The notes beneath the pieces were generated by a model that did no database searches, had not been told where the DNA came from, and worked only from the letters and a program-made list of their open reading frames with translations. Below, one piece after another: positions 35,890-48,556 of a stretch of 64,000 nucleotides of DNA. This DNA is from Squalus acanthias. Taxonomy: Eukaryota. The position numbers were made by a program, and so were the translations under genes. The DNA lies in contig CM059428.1 in the NCBI GenBank assembly GCA_030390025.1, positions 108,314,001-108,378,000 of the forward strand. Direction: 5' to 3'. Within the stretch, counting starts at the first letter, position 1. Each line of letters starts with the position of its first letter.

Positions 35890-36290
35890 ATAACTTGTAT
35901 TGATATGATACCTTTCACATCCTCAGGATGTCCCAAAGCACTTAACAGCCAATTAATTATTTTGTAGTTACTGTTATGCAGACAAATACAGCAGCTAATT
36001 TACACACAATGAGAGCTGACAAGCAGCTGTGAGATAAGTGACCGATTAATCTATTTTGGTGGTGTTGTTCGAAGGATAATCATTAGCCAGGAAACCTGGA
36101 GAATTCCTGTTGTTCAATTAGTGCCATGGAATCTTTTATGTCCACCTAATGTTTCATTCAAAGGATGACAGTTCTTTACCTTGCAGTACTCCCTCACTGA
36201 AATATCAGCCTAGATTATGCACTTAAGTCCCTGAGGTAAAGCTTGAACCCTCAATTCAGAAGCGAGAGTGCTACCACTGACCCAGTTGAC
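35890..36290 (-). mobile_element. Deu-domain-type SINE (SacSINE1-like), decayed
   Basis: tRNA-like head with GGTTCAAGC, ggacataaaagattccatggcact block, L2-like tail ctttgggacatcctgaggatgtgaaagg. Confidence 0.6.
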
Positions 36291-36805
36291 ATGATTAGGT
36301 GTATAGGGAGGGGAGAAATCAGAGGCCCACGCCTGTGGTAAAGAAGTTGCCCAGTGGTAATGTTCAACGGTTGTCTTATATGAACAGACATTTGGAAACT
36401 AGGATGATTAGCACTTACTGCACCTTCCCCATCGAATCATAGAATCTATGATTCTTTGATTAGCACTTACTGAACCTTCCCCATCCCACAAAAAGCTGAT
36501 CTTATCTTAGCATATACAAATCTAGAAAGACATTCTAAACTTTAAAAAAGACAAAAATAAAACTACCAGTTGCAATGAAAACCATTACATTCAAACAATA
36601 GCTAACAAAGCAGGCTATGACTAAGACCTTTTTATTTAAAATATTTATTGCGTATTGTCCACACAGCACTGGTCGGTTTAAAAAACACTTTTTACAATAT
36701 AATTCTGGTCCTAACTAGATTGGTATTAACATGGCTCAGAGGAAACTATGCGACAAATTATCAATTTCCTTGATTATTTCAAACACGCAAAAGACAATTA
36801 ATCAC

Positions 36806-36919
36806 CTGATAATTCTTTTGATGGATGATCCTCTGGAGGACTCCTGAATCCTGTCATGGATATTGCCATATTAATGGTGCTTACAATAATTTGAATCACC
36901 TGACCAGGCAGCTCCAAAC
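36806..36919 (-). CDS. TMEM245: TMEM245 coding exon (about exon 4), 114 nt
   Basis: cttgcag|GTTTGG...ATCAG|gtgatt; GLELPGQVIQIIVSTINMAISMTGFRSPPEDHPSKELS, similar to human ELPGQVI...LAISITG...SEDQPS; phase 1-1. Confidence 0.92.
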
Positions 36920-38251
36920 CTGCAAGCAATAAGAAGTCAGAAAGTAACAAGCATCCTGAACATAACAGGAAACTGAAAATAGAACAAAGCATGTTCTACA
37001 AGATATGAAAAATCAACAACTGCAGCCATGTGGTACTCTTATAGGCAGCAGTAGTCTAATGTAAAATTTGGGACTTTTTAAAAAAAATAAAGGTTGTGCG
37101 CATATTTTTTCAAAAAGTGAAAGACTACTGATTACACATCTGTTTTAATGTTCCAACTGTACTCTATACACTTCAGAAAGTGTATTAAGCAGAGAGAGTG
37201 TGCAAGAGGGAGGACATTTTTCCTCATCCTAACTTGTTCTTTAAACAAAAAGAATGAGTGTAATTTTGAAAGCAAACAGAAAACCTCAATTATCACCTGT
37301 GTTTTGTTGATCATAATTAGAATGTTTACAATTTCTGACCGATACCTGGTAGACACATAAAGAGATGCAAACATAGAGATACACTTCAGAGATCTAATCA
37401 CAAACATCAAATTTTATGTTTACAGAGATCTCCTGGAAAGTCACAAACCAGTACTGCTAGTCATTTGATGTCCCAAGTGCCATCAGGTCCCTACCCTCCC
37501 CTCATTGCTGAAAAGCATCAGGAATCACTGAGCCAAACCCCATATTCTACACCCCTTTTGACGAACCTCAGGCTCCCCCTCCACAGTGAAGGCAGATCAA
37601 AGAATTCCCCATGCTGCTAAGCCTCACCGCAACATTGCCAAAATCCAGTACTCCCACCCCAGTTCTGCTCAAGTACAGGATCATCTCTCAATGCCGCCAA
37701 GGAGCATCCTCCAGTGCAGCTAAAAACCACAGCCCTTACCAGGACTGCAAAGTATCATATTTAACTCCAACTGATAAACCTTGCATACCATTTGCTATGT
37801 ATTCTTAGCTTTAAAACTGGCAAGGAATAAAAATAAATACATACCTAGGTACAAGAATATACACTTACTGTTTTCACAGCAAAATGGAAAGAATTGTGGA
37901 ATTTAATCCTCAAAGCACTAGTAAATATCCCAGGATATTATCTAATACAAATGCAATTTAACTTATTCAGTCATGGTAATTCAGTGGCTCAGTGTTTTGC
38001 CCTACATGGCATAAGTACCCTTGCTGTTTTTAGCAAAGCCATGGGACATACACACGTGTGCACAAACACGGAAAGGAAAATAGGCTCTTCAGACACCAAT
38101 TTAAAAACGGAGGAAAAAAAAGCCAATTTCAGGTTGTTGGTTAATATTTTGAATGCACCATTTGAACACACAAACAAATGGAGTATCTGCTATTTATAGA
38201 GTTGAACAAAAAATGCTTTGTGTAACATATCATTGCACAGCATCGACTTAC

Positions 38252-38347
38252 CAGTGCTGTTTCCTCTCTCCTCCTGAATTGCTCCCACAACCAGTAGGAT
38301 GACAACCACCACAAAAACTGGAATACGCCAAGAGCCAGCAACTGATG
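38252..38347 (-). CDS. TMEM245: TMEM245 coding exon (about exon 3), 96 nt
   Basis: ccctgtag|CATCAG...CACTG|gtaagt; ASVAGSWRIPVFVVVVILLVVGAIQEERGNST, similar to human ASLAGSWRIPVFLVIV; phase 1-1. Confidence 0.92.
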
Positions 38348-38856
38348 CTACAGGGAAAAGGAATACTTAATAAGTGAATCTGAACATTCATCGTACTTCC
38401 AATTATTGCGCTACAATGAATATCACTGGACATTTTGAAATCAATGAGAAGGAGCTACTTGATAATTTAAAATGAATGAAGATTATCAAATCTCCTGGGC
38501 TAGATGGATTATATCCTAGAGTGCTGAAGGAGGCTAGGGAGGAAAATTGGAGGTGCTGCCTACAGTACTGAAATTTATTAGATGTTGGAGAGGTTCTGCA
38601 GGATTGAAAACAAGTAAAGAAAGTACCTATATTTAAAACGGAGATGCAAATTTGACACAGGTCCATTAGCCTTATAACATTACCACATAAAATAATGGAA
38701 ATATTAGAGTGTAGGTTTAAGGAGCACCAAATAGCATAGATCTAACATGTCAGTTAGTTGAAGAAATTACAAAAAAAATAGTTTGCTTGGACACCCACAT
38801 CCTACCCTGGATTCCCACTGATTTTAGCTTCATTAGTCTTTCATGTGGGACTTTAT

Positions 38857-39457
38857 AAGAACATAAGAAATAGGAGCAGGAGTAGGCCAATCGGCCCTTC
38901 GAGCCTGCTCCGCCATTCAATAAGATCATGGCTGATCTGATCCTAACCTCAAATCTAAAGAACACAAGAATTAGGAGCAGGACCCGGCCACTCAGCCCCT
39001 GGGCCCGCTACGCCACCCACAGGGCCTCGACCGATCCGAACTCAGCCTCATGTCCAATTTCCTGCCCGCTCCCCGTAACCCCTAATTCCCTTTACTTCTA
39101 GGAAACTGTCTATTTCTGTTTTAAATTTATTTAATGATGTAGCTTCCACAGCTTCCTGGGGCAGCAAATTCCACAGACCTACTACCCTCTGAGTGAAGAA
39201 GTTTCTCCTCATCTCAGTTTTGAAAGAGCAGCCCCTTATTCTAAGATTATGCCCCCTAGTTCTAGTTTCACCCATCCTTGGGAACATCCTTACCGCATCC
39301 ACCTGATCAAGCCCCTTCACAATCTTATATGTTTCAATAAGATCGCCTCTCACTCTTCTGAACTCCAATGAGTAGAGTCCCAATCTACTCAACCTCTCCT
39401 CATATGTCCACCCCCTCATCCCGGGGATTAACCGAGTGAACCTTCTTTGTACTGCTT
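38857..39457 (-). mobile_element. Young 5'-truncated CR1, same subfamily as the intact element, inside an older decayed CR1 (about 38440-40110)
   Basis: Peptide nearly identical to the ORF2 C-terminus at 26.7-27.0 kb (EATSLNKFKTEIDSFLEVKGI.GYGERAG.WT); ttcttatgttcttat tail. Confidence 0.9.
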
Positions 39458-42194
39458 ATTAAAGGCTTTCTTCTATGAAGTCCTACATGAAAGACTAATG
39501 AAAATAAAATCTGTGGGAATCCAGGATAGGATGCAGGACTGGATAAGGAATTGGATTAAAAGGATACAGAACTTATGAGTAGCATCGTGTCAGCCTGGGG
39601 GAAACGTGCTGGATGGACTCCCGCAGTGATCAGTGTTTGTGCCCATATTCTTATCTACAAAAATGATTTGGATTCAGAAACCAAATTATAAGCTTGTTAA
39701 ACTTGCAGAAAACATTAAAACAGGAGTGCAGTTAAGGTTTTCCAGAGGCCTGTTAATTTACTAGGTCAAATTAAATGCATTGCATAATCAAAGAAACAAA
39801 GAGCAACATAGATAGCACAGCGAGAGTTTGAAAAGGCGCGGAGAATTATAATAATCGCATTTTCAACATCAAGGCAATGTGGAGAAGCAACTAAAAAAAA
39901 CCACAAATGCTGGAGTACATAACCACAACAGTGAAGTACAAGTCTAGAGCGGTTATGCTGAGTAGTTAGATTTGACTTGGAATACTGTGTGCCATTCTGG
40001 GCACCAGACTTCAAAAGGGCATATGTTGATTTGAAAGGGTTCAGAAGTGAGGAACAGGAGTGATCCACAGTTTAACGAGGATGAATAAGGACGACAGATT
40101 AGGGAAGCTACAGCCCTGCAGGCTAAAGCAGGGTTGGCAAACCTTCCACAACTCAAGCTAGGAAAGGAGATTATATGCCCACAAAGCCACAAGTTTTAAA
40201 TAAAGCATGGTATGCTCAGATATTATTGTAACTGCCAGCTCACCATATAAAAATGTTGAAAGCTAGTTCACCAGTGTAACCTCTGACACATTTGACTTTG
40301 AATTATTTACTTGAAATCTGGACTGTGCTCTCATTTCCTCTTTCACTCGGCTCATCATCTATTTAACTTTCCCTGTCTTCCTCATTCTACAGCTTTACAT
40401 TTCTTCTCTAATTCCCCTTTCCTTTCTTGCATTACCCATTTCTATCTTCTCTGCTTCCCCACTCCATCTCTCATTCTCACTACTTTCCCATGATGAAAAT
40501 TGAATGTTGGTCCTGCGATGTATAATATATACGAGTAGACATGGTGTTGTTCAGTGAGTCAGAGGATTCATTATTTTATAATAGGTATTTATGCCATGCA
40601 AAGGATAACATTGGAGTGGGGGTGGGGGGATCTGAATTACAATGGCTGAATAGTCAAATTACATTTTTTGGGAAAAAATATTCTGGGATTTATACTGGTG
40701 CTTGGGATTGAAGCTCACAGCTCTTACAATTTTCACAGAATAATGGGTAATGAATGTCATATTATTTACCTACGCATTTAATTCTTATCCTTTACCATTG
40801 TAAAGCCAAGACGGTCTGCAAGATGCACCAACTGGAGGCAGAGTTATGGTATTTGGCATTACTGTGGATGAGAAATGGGGGTTAACGTCACTTGGGAGAA
40901 AATCTTTCACTTTGGTGGCACTGGAGGAAGGTCCTGGTCATTGGTAGAACTGGGGTGGGGATACTGAAGTTTGTCAGTATTGCAGTGGGGCCGTTTGAGT
41001 TTGATAGCATGGGCGGAGAGGGTCCTTTAATCTGGCATCACTGTGGAAAATAATTTGAGCTGAAGGGTGCAGGAAAAAGTCTAACTAATGGGGCACGCGC
41101 ATTGCCCCGCTCCATTAAGATTTAGGCCATTGTGTTCCTGTGTCTCTGTCTGTCTGACAGCTGTTAGTGACTAGAACGTTTATATTTTCTAACAGTCAAC
41201 ATAACATGTGATGACCATGTGAGATAGAGACTTTTTGAAAAATGAACTCAATTATAAATGTGGAAAGCACTCATTCTTTGAACTTAATGCCCTTACAGAA
41301 CACAAAACAAAAGCTGTGTAATCAGTAGTTTGCCTTTTTTTAAAAAAAAATCACAGCCTATCTAAAAACACAGCTTTTGTTTAAAAAGTATATAAATTTC
41401 ACCTGAATAAAGATGTTGAAATTTTCCCTCTAGCTATTCTTAAAATAATTTTGAGCAGAAACTGCTAGAGGATCCATCAGTGCAACTGATGGAATGGTAA
41501 ATTACACAAACTGCACAATCCACATTCAGCGAAGAGTCACAACTCTGGGCAAAAATACAAAATACAAGACCTTTGGGAGAAACCACGGTCTTCAAAGTAA
41601 AAAAAACTTTAATGAAGGCATTTTAAGTCAAAAAAGGCAATTCAGTGAAAAAATGTGTTGTAAAATACATAATTTTCTGAATTTATTTTGTTTCAAACCT
41701 TATTTTATATATTAGAAATTTCAGTTACGGGGAAAATAATATTTTGGGATACAGTATGTGAGTAATTTGAGACATGACATGGTAAGTGCAGCATGCTTGG
41801 GAGGAACATATAACTTTGGACTTATGGTTCCCAAAGCGTTCCACCACCAGAGTTTTCCTCACTTCATGTCTGGCTCTGTTATAGACTAATTGATAGAGAT
41901 TGATTGCTATGATTTGTCAACAACTCCATTATTGTTGTAGCATGCGACTACCAGGATGGTGGAAGGAAAACTAGATGAGACCTTGATCTTTTCTCGTCTA
42001 GCAATTCCTACGTTCCTATGAATAACAAAATTCAAGTGTGCAATATAGTATGACTCATGTGACATTGTAAGGTTAATGTTCTATCCTTCTTCAACCTTAC
42101 CCATTTGCTACGGTATTTTTTTTTTAAATGTAAGTCACAATATTGCCAACAGTCTATATCATGTTCAGTCTGCCACCAAACTCATACTGAGGCC

Positions 42195-42640
42195 TAGACT
42201 AATGATCCGGAGACGCGAGTTCACATCCCACCACGGCAGCTGGGGGAATTTAAATTCAGTTAATTAAATAAATCTGGAATTTAAAAGAAGCTAGCATCAG
42301 TAACGGTGACCATGAAACTACCAGATTGTCATAAAAACCCATCTGGTTCACTAATGTCCTTTAGGGAAGGAAATCTGCCGTCCTTACCTGGTCTGGCCTA
42401 TGTGACTCCAGACCCACAGCAATGTGGTTGACTCTTAACTGCCCGCTGAAATGGCCTAGCAAGCCACTCAGTTCTACCAAACCACTACGACAAAGTCAGC
42501 ACCGAGAGATAACCTTCACCACAAAGACTGCAGCGGTTCAAGAAGGCAGCTCACCACCACCTTCTCAAGGGCAATTAGGGATGGGCAATAAATGCTGGCC
42601 TTGCCAGCGACGCCCACATCCCATGAACGAATAAATTAAA
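42195..42640 (+). mobile_element. tRNA-derived SINE sharing its 3' tail with the Zenon-like LINE
   Basis: B-box-like GAGTTCACATCC; last 110 nt or so match the 3' end of the LINE at 28955-29075. Confidence 0.75.
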
Positions 42641-43199
42641 CAAAAACTCCATTCACAGTCAGTTCCTATTCACTAGTTAGCTCCTCAACCAGATTCTCTA
42701 CTTTTTTTTTTAAAAACACTAAAATATAAATATACACAAAGATAACACAAAATATTTAAAGGGTGTGGGACAGTCTTAGGTTTAAAATAACAAACTAACA
42801 CAGTGTAACAAGTGTTTGTAATATCACCTGAAGAGATTTTGTCACATTTTGATTGTGCTCTTAGCTATTGTTATTTAACCTATGAAAGAAATGCTAACAG
42901 ATCAATGTGCAATAAATTTTCTAAAGTCAGAATCCACGTTATTTAATTCTTAGGATACCATCTATTATTTTATCCTGCAAGTGTTTTTTGATTCTCGCTT
43001 ACATTTGAGACACTTAAGCTTTGCATTTTTGTATTTTTTGCCCCTTTGTCCACCTTATGCTGGAGCCAAGAGAATACTTGCAGGATGGCACCACTGCCCT
43101 CTAGCGGCACCACAGACCACTCACACAAATTCTCCTCCCCATCCCCTACTTTCATTTCCACTCCTCAGAGATACTTAAGCTTCTGCTTGGCCATGCTCA

Positions 43200-43397
<198 letters not shown>

Positions 43398-44365
43398 TCA
43401 TTGCTTTAACCATTTCATTGATGCCATAGGTAGATGTACAGCTTTCAAATTCAATCAAAACCAATATTTATCCATCTAGAAAAAAATAATAAAAATTGGT
43501 TTAACTTATAGGACTAATGAACGTTGATTATTTCATCCAGACTTTTAAATTTGAACACAAGGTGACATTTTCTGCAAAAGATCTTTTTTTGCAGATAATG
43601 CAGATGACCTCCTTAGAAGTAAATTGTAATCTATTATTGAGGAGCAATTTTCAAATATTTGAATACTTTGGCAGATAAAGGCTTTCAACCATCAGAAAAT
43701 ACATGAAATAATAAAGCGGCTGTGTTTAATTTTTTGACAAATATATAGTGACGAGATAAGATTGTACATGTACAAGACTGATAAGGAACTTTATAAATTA
43801 AACAAAATAGACAATTATTTTTCAGCTTAAACCTACTTATATTCCAGAAAACAATAACAGAGCATCAAAAAGCATGGTTAAATAGATAAATTGATCATCT
43901 TCGTACCAGTCAAATGAAAACCATTCAAATTTTAAATCCAATAATTTTGGAATGCGTAGCAAAATCAGTAAAGCAGGAGTATGGAAAATGCGCTAAAAAT
44001 TACACCTGGAACTAATGAGATACATCTTCAAACAGTCAAGGAAATGAGGAGTATGAAGATTCAGTTAATAGCTTTAGAAGCTTCATAAAGGTCTAGAGGA
44101 ATTGCAAACATTACCCCGATATTCAAAAAGGTAGACCTGAAATGAAACTCATAGGGCAGCTAGCCTAACATCTGTAGTTGACAAAATAGTGGAGCATTAT
44201 ACATGAGGTTATTAGTGCTTATCTAAACAGCATATTGTATAATTAGCATATGTTTAGAAACATAGGTCATCTCTCACTAGTCTGCTAGAAACTGACCTGA
44301 TAGAGGGTGATTATCCAATGGATATAATTTACTTGGACTTTCAGAAACATCTTATTAACTACAAT

Positions 44366-45073
44366 AGGCCATATTTTGCAACCCCCACGGGTGCGTACGA
44401 GGTGCACACGCACCCGTAGGGGCCGCGTAAGTTCCGGGTTTAGGCATGCGAAGTGCATGCGTGAAAATCGGGAACTTGCGATCTGTCAAGTCCTCTTGAC
44501 AAATCCTCCGCATCCCCGGGAGAAGGGCCTCCGCGGGTAGAGAGTTGCACTATTTGCCCAACTTCCGCCCGCTGAATGCCTGTGAAATTCTTACACCTGG
44601 TAAAAGCAGGCATAAAGCCTGCTTTTACCAGCATAAAGAGTTTTAAAAAATAGAAAAATAAAATTTTATCATTCATTTAAAACCCTGTCCAATAAGGTAA
44701 GTTTACTTTTAGCCCCATTAAAACATACATTTTTTTCTCCAAAAATTACATTTTCGTTTAAAATATTTAATTAAATGGCATTTTAATTAAATGTAATTTA
44801 AAAAAAAATTATTTCATGTGTTTGTGTATTTTTTTTAAAACTGATCCCCATTCATACTTATGGGGATTCCATACGTACAGAACTCTCATATGAATGGGGA
44901 TTCCCTTCTTTTATTGGTTGGGCCTGCCCACGTGATCCTAGCGGTGCTTGTGAACCGCCTGCGCCCCGGGATACATGGCCTCCATACCTCCCGGGCCACC
45001 AGGTACATTCGTAGATTTTTTACTGGTCGGAAGCATCCGCCCGCGGGAAGCCGCCGATCGCAATTTCAAGCCC
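44366..45073. mobile_element. Harbinger-like multi-hairpin MITE inside a decayed CR1
   Basis: Collinear with 59622-60379; degenerate TIRs; flanks aat/agt. Confidence 0.78.
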
Positions 45074-45845
45074 AGTGTTTTGCTCCCAACTGAAAGATGT
45101 TATCAGAGACAATCCTGTAGCATAATCCACCCAGCACTTGTGTCAAAGGCATGAATTCGCTCAAGAGTTGGCTTCCTTGGATACATACAACATAAAGGTG
45201 AACAGTTGCCACCACTGGCATTTGCTTCACATGCACCATCTTGAATCTGGTTGCAAAGGAGCTGGGAGATCCACGCAAAAATCACAGACAGAGTTAAAGT
45301 TGAAAATGCCAATAATATTACATGTGTGAGATTAAAGTATGTATCGAACAAATTTCCAGTAAAAGCAACTGAGTTTCTGACAATTAACTGAACAACATGT
45401 TTAGAAAAGGGACTGAAGGTTCTATTTGGAATGGGACAATAGAATGGCTCTGGGCAGGAGCCCAACACCACTAGGACAAATACCAGGAGGGTGGCACAGG
45501 AATTAAGGTTGGAGGGATCGGTAAAGACTCATTTTGCAGTGAAGAATTTCTTTGCTGTGAAGGAGGGTGTGCTAGTGGCCTGGTAAAGCCTTAAAGGATA
45601 CTTAAAATTATTTTAAGAAAGGTTGGTTGGATTTATGCAGAACTTTTCATCAGGACGTTAAATTGCCATGGCAGAGTCCACAACAGTGTACATGATCTGT
45701 GGAAAATGTGAGCTTGATGGGGTAAATGTTTGTTTCCTGGTCCATTCTTTTTCATTTTGATAAGCATCTCAAAATCAAACAAAAGGGCCATTAATACTTG
45801 ACAAATGTAGTCATGGCATATGCAAAACCTATTCCTAAGTTTTCC

Positions 45846-45891
45846 TGTGTGCGTGTGTGTGTGCGTGTGCGCGCGCGCGCACGCACGCACA
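45846..45891. repeat. Alternating purine-pyrimidine (GT/GC/CA) tract
   Basis: tgtgtgcgtgtgtgtgtgcgtgtgcgcgcgcgcgcacgcacgcaca. Confidence 0.85.
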
Positions 45892-46742
45892 GCAGGGACG
45901 GCCGGGACAAGTATATTTTCAATCACATTTTTATTGCTGATAGATTGCTACATGTTTTCTTAAATTGCATCAAATTAATTTGAAGTCCATTTTGATGATG
46001 GTATGTAAACCATATGAAAGAGAAGAAACTATTTCCAAAAACTTCCCATGTTTGTGTACTTTGATCATTTTTTTAAAATTTTGCTCTGCGTAGTTGAACC
46101 TTTATCGCCCAAGAGTACAGTACAAGCCACTTGTAACAAAATCACATAACTGAAAACTCTAACGGAGAAGGTACATATACAAACTTTATTTTTTTTTATT
46201 CTTAACCAATTTTGTTTCACTAGGAAAAAACCTAAAGTTGGTTCAGAATAAATATCATCTATCAAAGATCAACAGACATGACCCAAGGGCACTTTCGTGT
46301 CTGATACAACAAACTTTGACTGCCCTCAGATACTTGCATGTTGGCACTGTCTAAATTTCTTGTGAATGGAGCATACATTTCATGTATATCAGTTGGTAAC
46401 TTCCTTCAGAGAATCAGGAAACAGGCAGGCACAACATTAAGGATATGGGTTAGAGGCAACAGCAACATGCCATCAAACAATGAAAATTAAGGTAAACCTC
46501 ATTTAATAAAAATATGTAGAGTATGGCTACAGCTACTGCATTAAGTAGTTTATAGCGTATTAAAGTTTGCAGTTCAAATATTATAAAATACAAAGTAAGA
46601 TTATTGTTAATTTACTCTCCGAGTTCCAAATGGTATAAACTGAAAATGAACTGAATTTTTCTGTATTCCCAATGACATTTATTCTGAACCAATTTTAAGT
46701 TTTTTCCCCAGTATAACAAAATTGGTTAAGAATAAAAAAAAA

Positions 46743-48556
46743 TCCAAAAGTCTTATATAGGCATATAAATAATAAACGGGTAGTAAGAGGAGGGGTGGGG
46801 CCGATTAGGGACCAAAAAAAAGAGACCTACGCATGGAGGCAGAGGGCATGGCTGAGGTACTAAATGAGTGCTTTGCATCTGTCTTTACCAAGGAAGAGGA
46901 TGCTGCCAAAGTCATAGTGAAAGAGGAGGTTGTTGAGATACTGGATGGGATAAAAATTGATAAAGAAGAGGTACTAGAAAGGCTGGCTGTACTTAAAGTT
47001 GGTAAGTCACCAGGACCGGATGGGATGCATCCTATGATGCTGAGGAAGGTTAAGGAGGAAATCGCGGAGGTACTGGCCATAATCTTCCAATCCTCCTTAG
47101 ATACAGGGATGGTGCCAGAGGACTGGAGAATTGCAAATGTTACACCCTTGTTCAAAAAAGGATGCAAGGATAAACCCAGCAACTACAGGCCAGTCAGTTT
47201 AACCTCGGTAGTGGAGAAGCTTTCAGAAACGATAATCCGCGACAAAATTAAGTGTCACTTGGACAAGTGCAGATTAATTAAGGAAAGCCAGCACAGATTT
47301 GTTAAAGGCAAGTCATGTTTAACTAACTTTTGATCGAGTTTTTTGATGAGGTAACAGAGGGTTGATGAGGGAAATGCGGTTGATGTGGTGTACATGGACT
47401 TCCAAAAGGCGTTTGATAAAGTGCCACATAATAGACTTGCCAGCAAAGTTGAAGCCCATGGCAGCATGGATACGAAATTGGCTAAGCAACAGGAAACAGA
47501 GAGTAGTGGTGAACGGTTCTTTTTCGGACTGGAGGATGGTATACAGTGGTGTTCCCCAGGGGTCGGTACGAGGACCACTGCTTTTCTTGATATATATTAA
47601 TGACTTGGACTTGGGTGTACAGGGCACAATTTCAAAATTTGCAGATGACACAAAACTTGGAAGTATAGTGAACAGTGAGGAGGATAGTGATAGACTTCAA
47701 AAGGGACATAGACAGGCTGGTGGAATGGGAGGACACCAGGCAAATGAAATTTAATGCAGAAAAGTGCAAAGTGATACATTTTGGTAGGAAGAACGAGGAG
47801 AGGCAATATAAACTAAAGGGTACAGTTCTAAAGGGGGTGCATGAAGAGAGACACCTGGGGGTATATGTGCACAAATCGTTGAAGGTGGCAGGGCAGGTTG
47901 AGAAAGCTGTTAAAAAAGCATATGGGATCCTGGGCTTCATAAATAGAGGCATAGAGTACAAAAGCGTGGAATTATGAGGAACCTTTATAAAACACTGGTT
48001 CGGCCTCAACTGGAGTATTGTGTCCAATTCTGGGCACTGCACTTTAGGAAGGATGTGGGAGCCTTAGAGAGGGTGCAGAAAAGATTTACAAGAATGGTTC
48101 CAGGGATGAGGGACTTCAGTTACGTGAATAGACCGGAGAAGCTGGGGTGGTTCTCCTTAGAACAGAAAAGGTTGAGAGGAGATTTGATAGAGGTGTTCAA
48201 AATCATGAGGGGTCTAGACAGAGTAGATAGAGAGAAACTGTTCCCATTGGCGGAAGGGTCGAGAACCAGAGGACACAGATTTAAGATGATTAGCAAAAGA
48301 AACAAAGGCGACATGAGGAAAAACTTTTTTACGCAGCGAGTGGTTAGGATCTGGAATGCACTGCCTGAGAGGGTGGTGGAGGCAGATTCAATCGTGGCTT
48401 TCAAAAGGGAATTGGATAAGTACCTAAAGGAAAAAAAAGGTGCAGGGCTATGGGGAAAGGGCAGGGGAGTGGGACCAGTTGAAGTGCTCTTGCAGAGACC
48501 TGGCACGGGCTCAACGGGCCAAATGGCCTCCTTCTGTGCTGTAACCATTCTATGAT
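46743..48556 (+). mobile_element. CR1 LINE, 5'-truncated, frameshifted
   Basis: [42 protein letters not shown]; tail attctatgattc. Confidence 0.92.

Noticed and set aside
40800-41050. Possible extra TMEM245 exon after ttttccacag
   Set aside because: Stops in the reading frames examined, exons 2 and 3 already join in phase, and the sequence resembles an inverted repeat copy at about 37580-37750.
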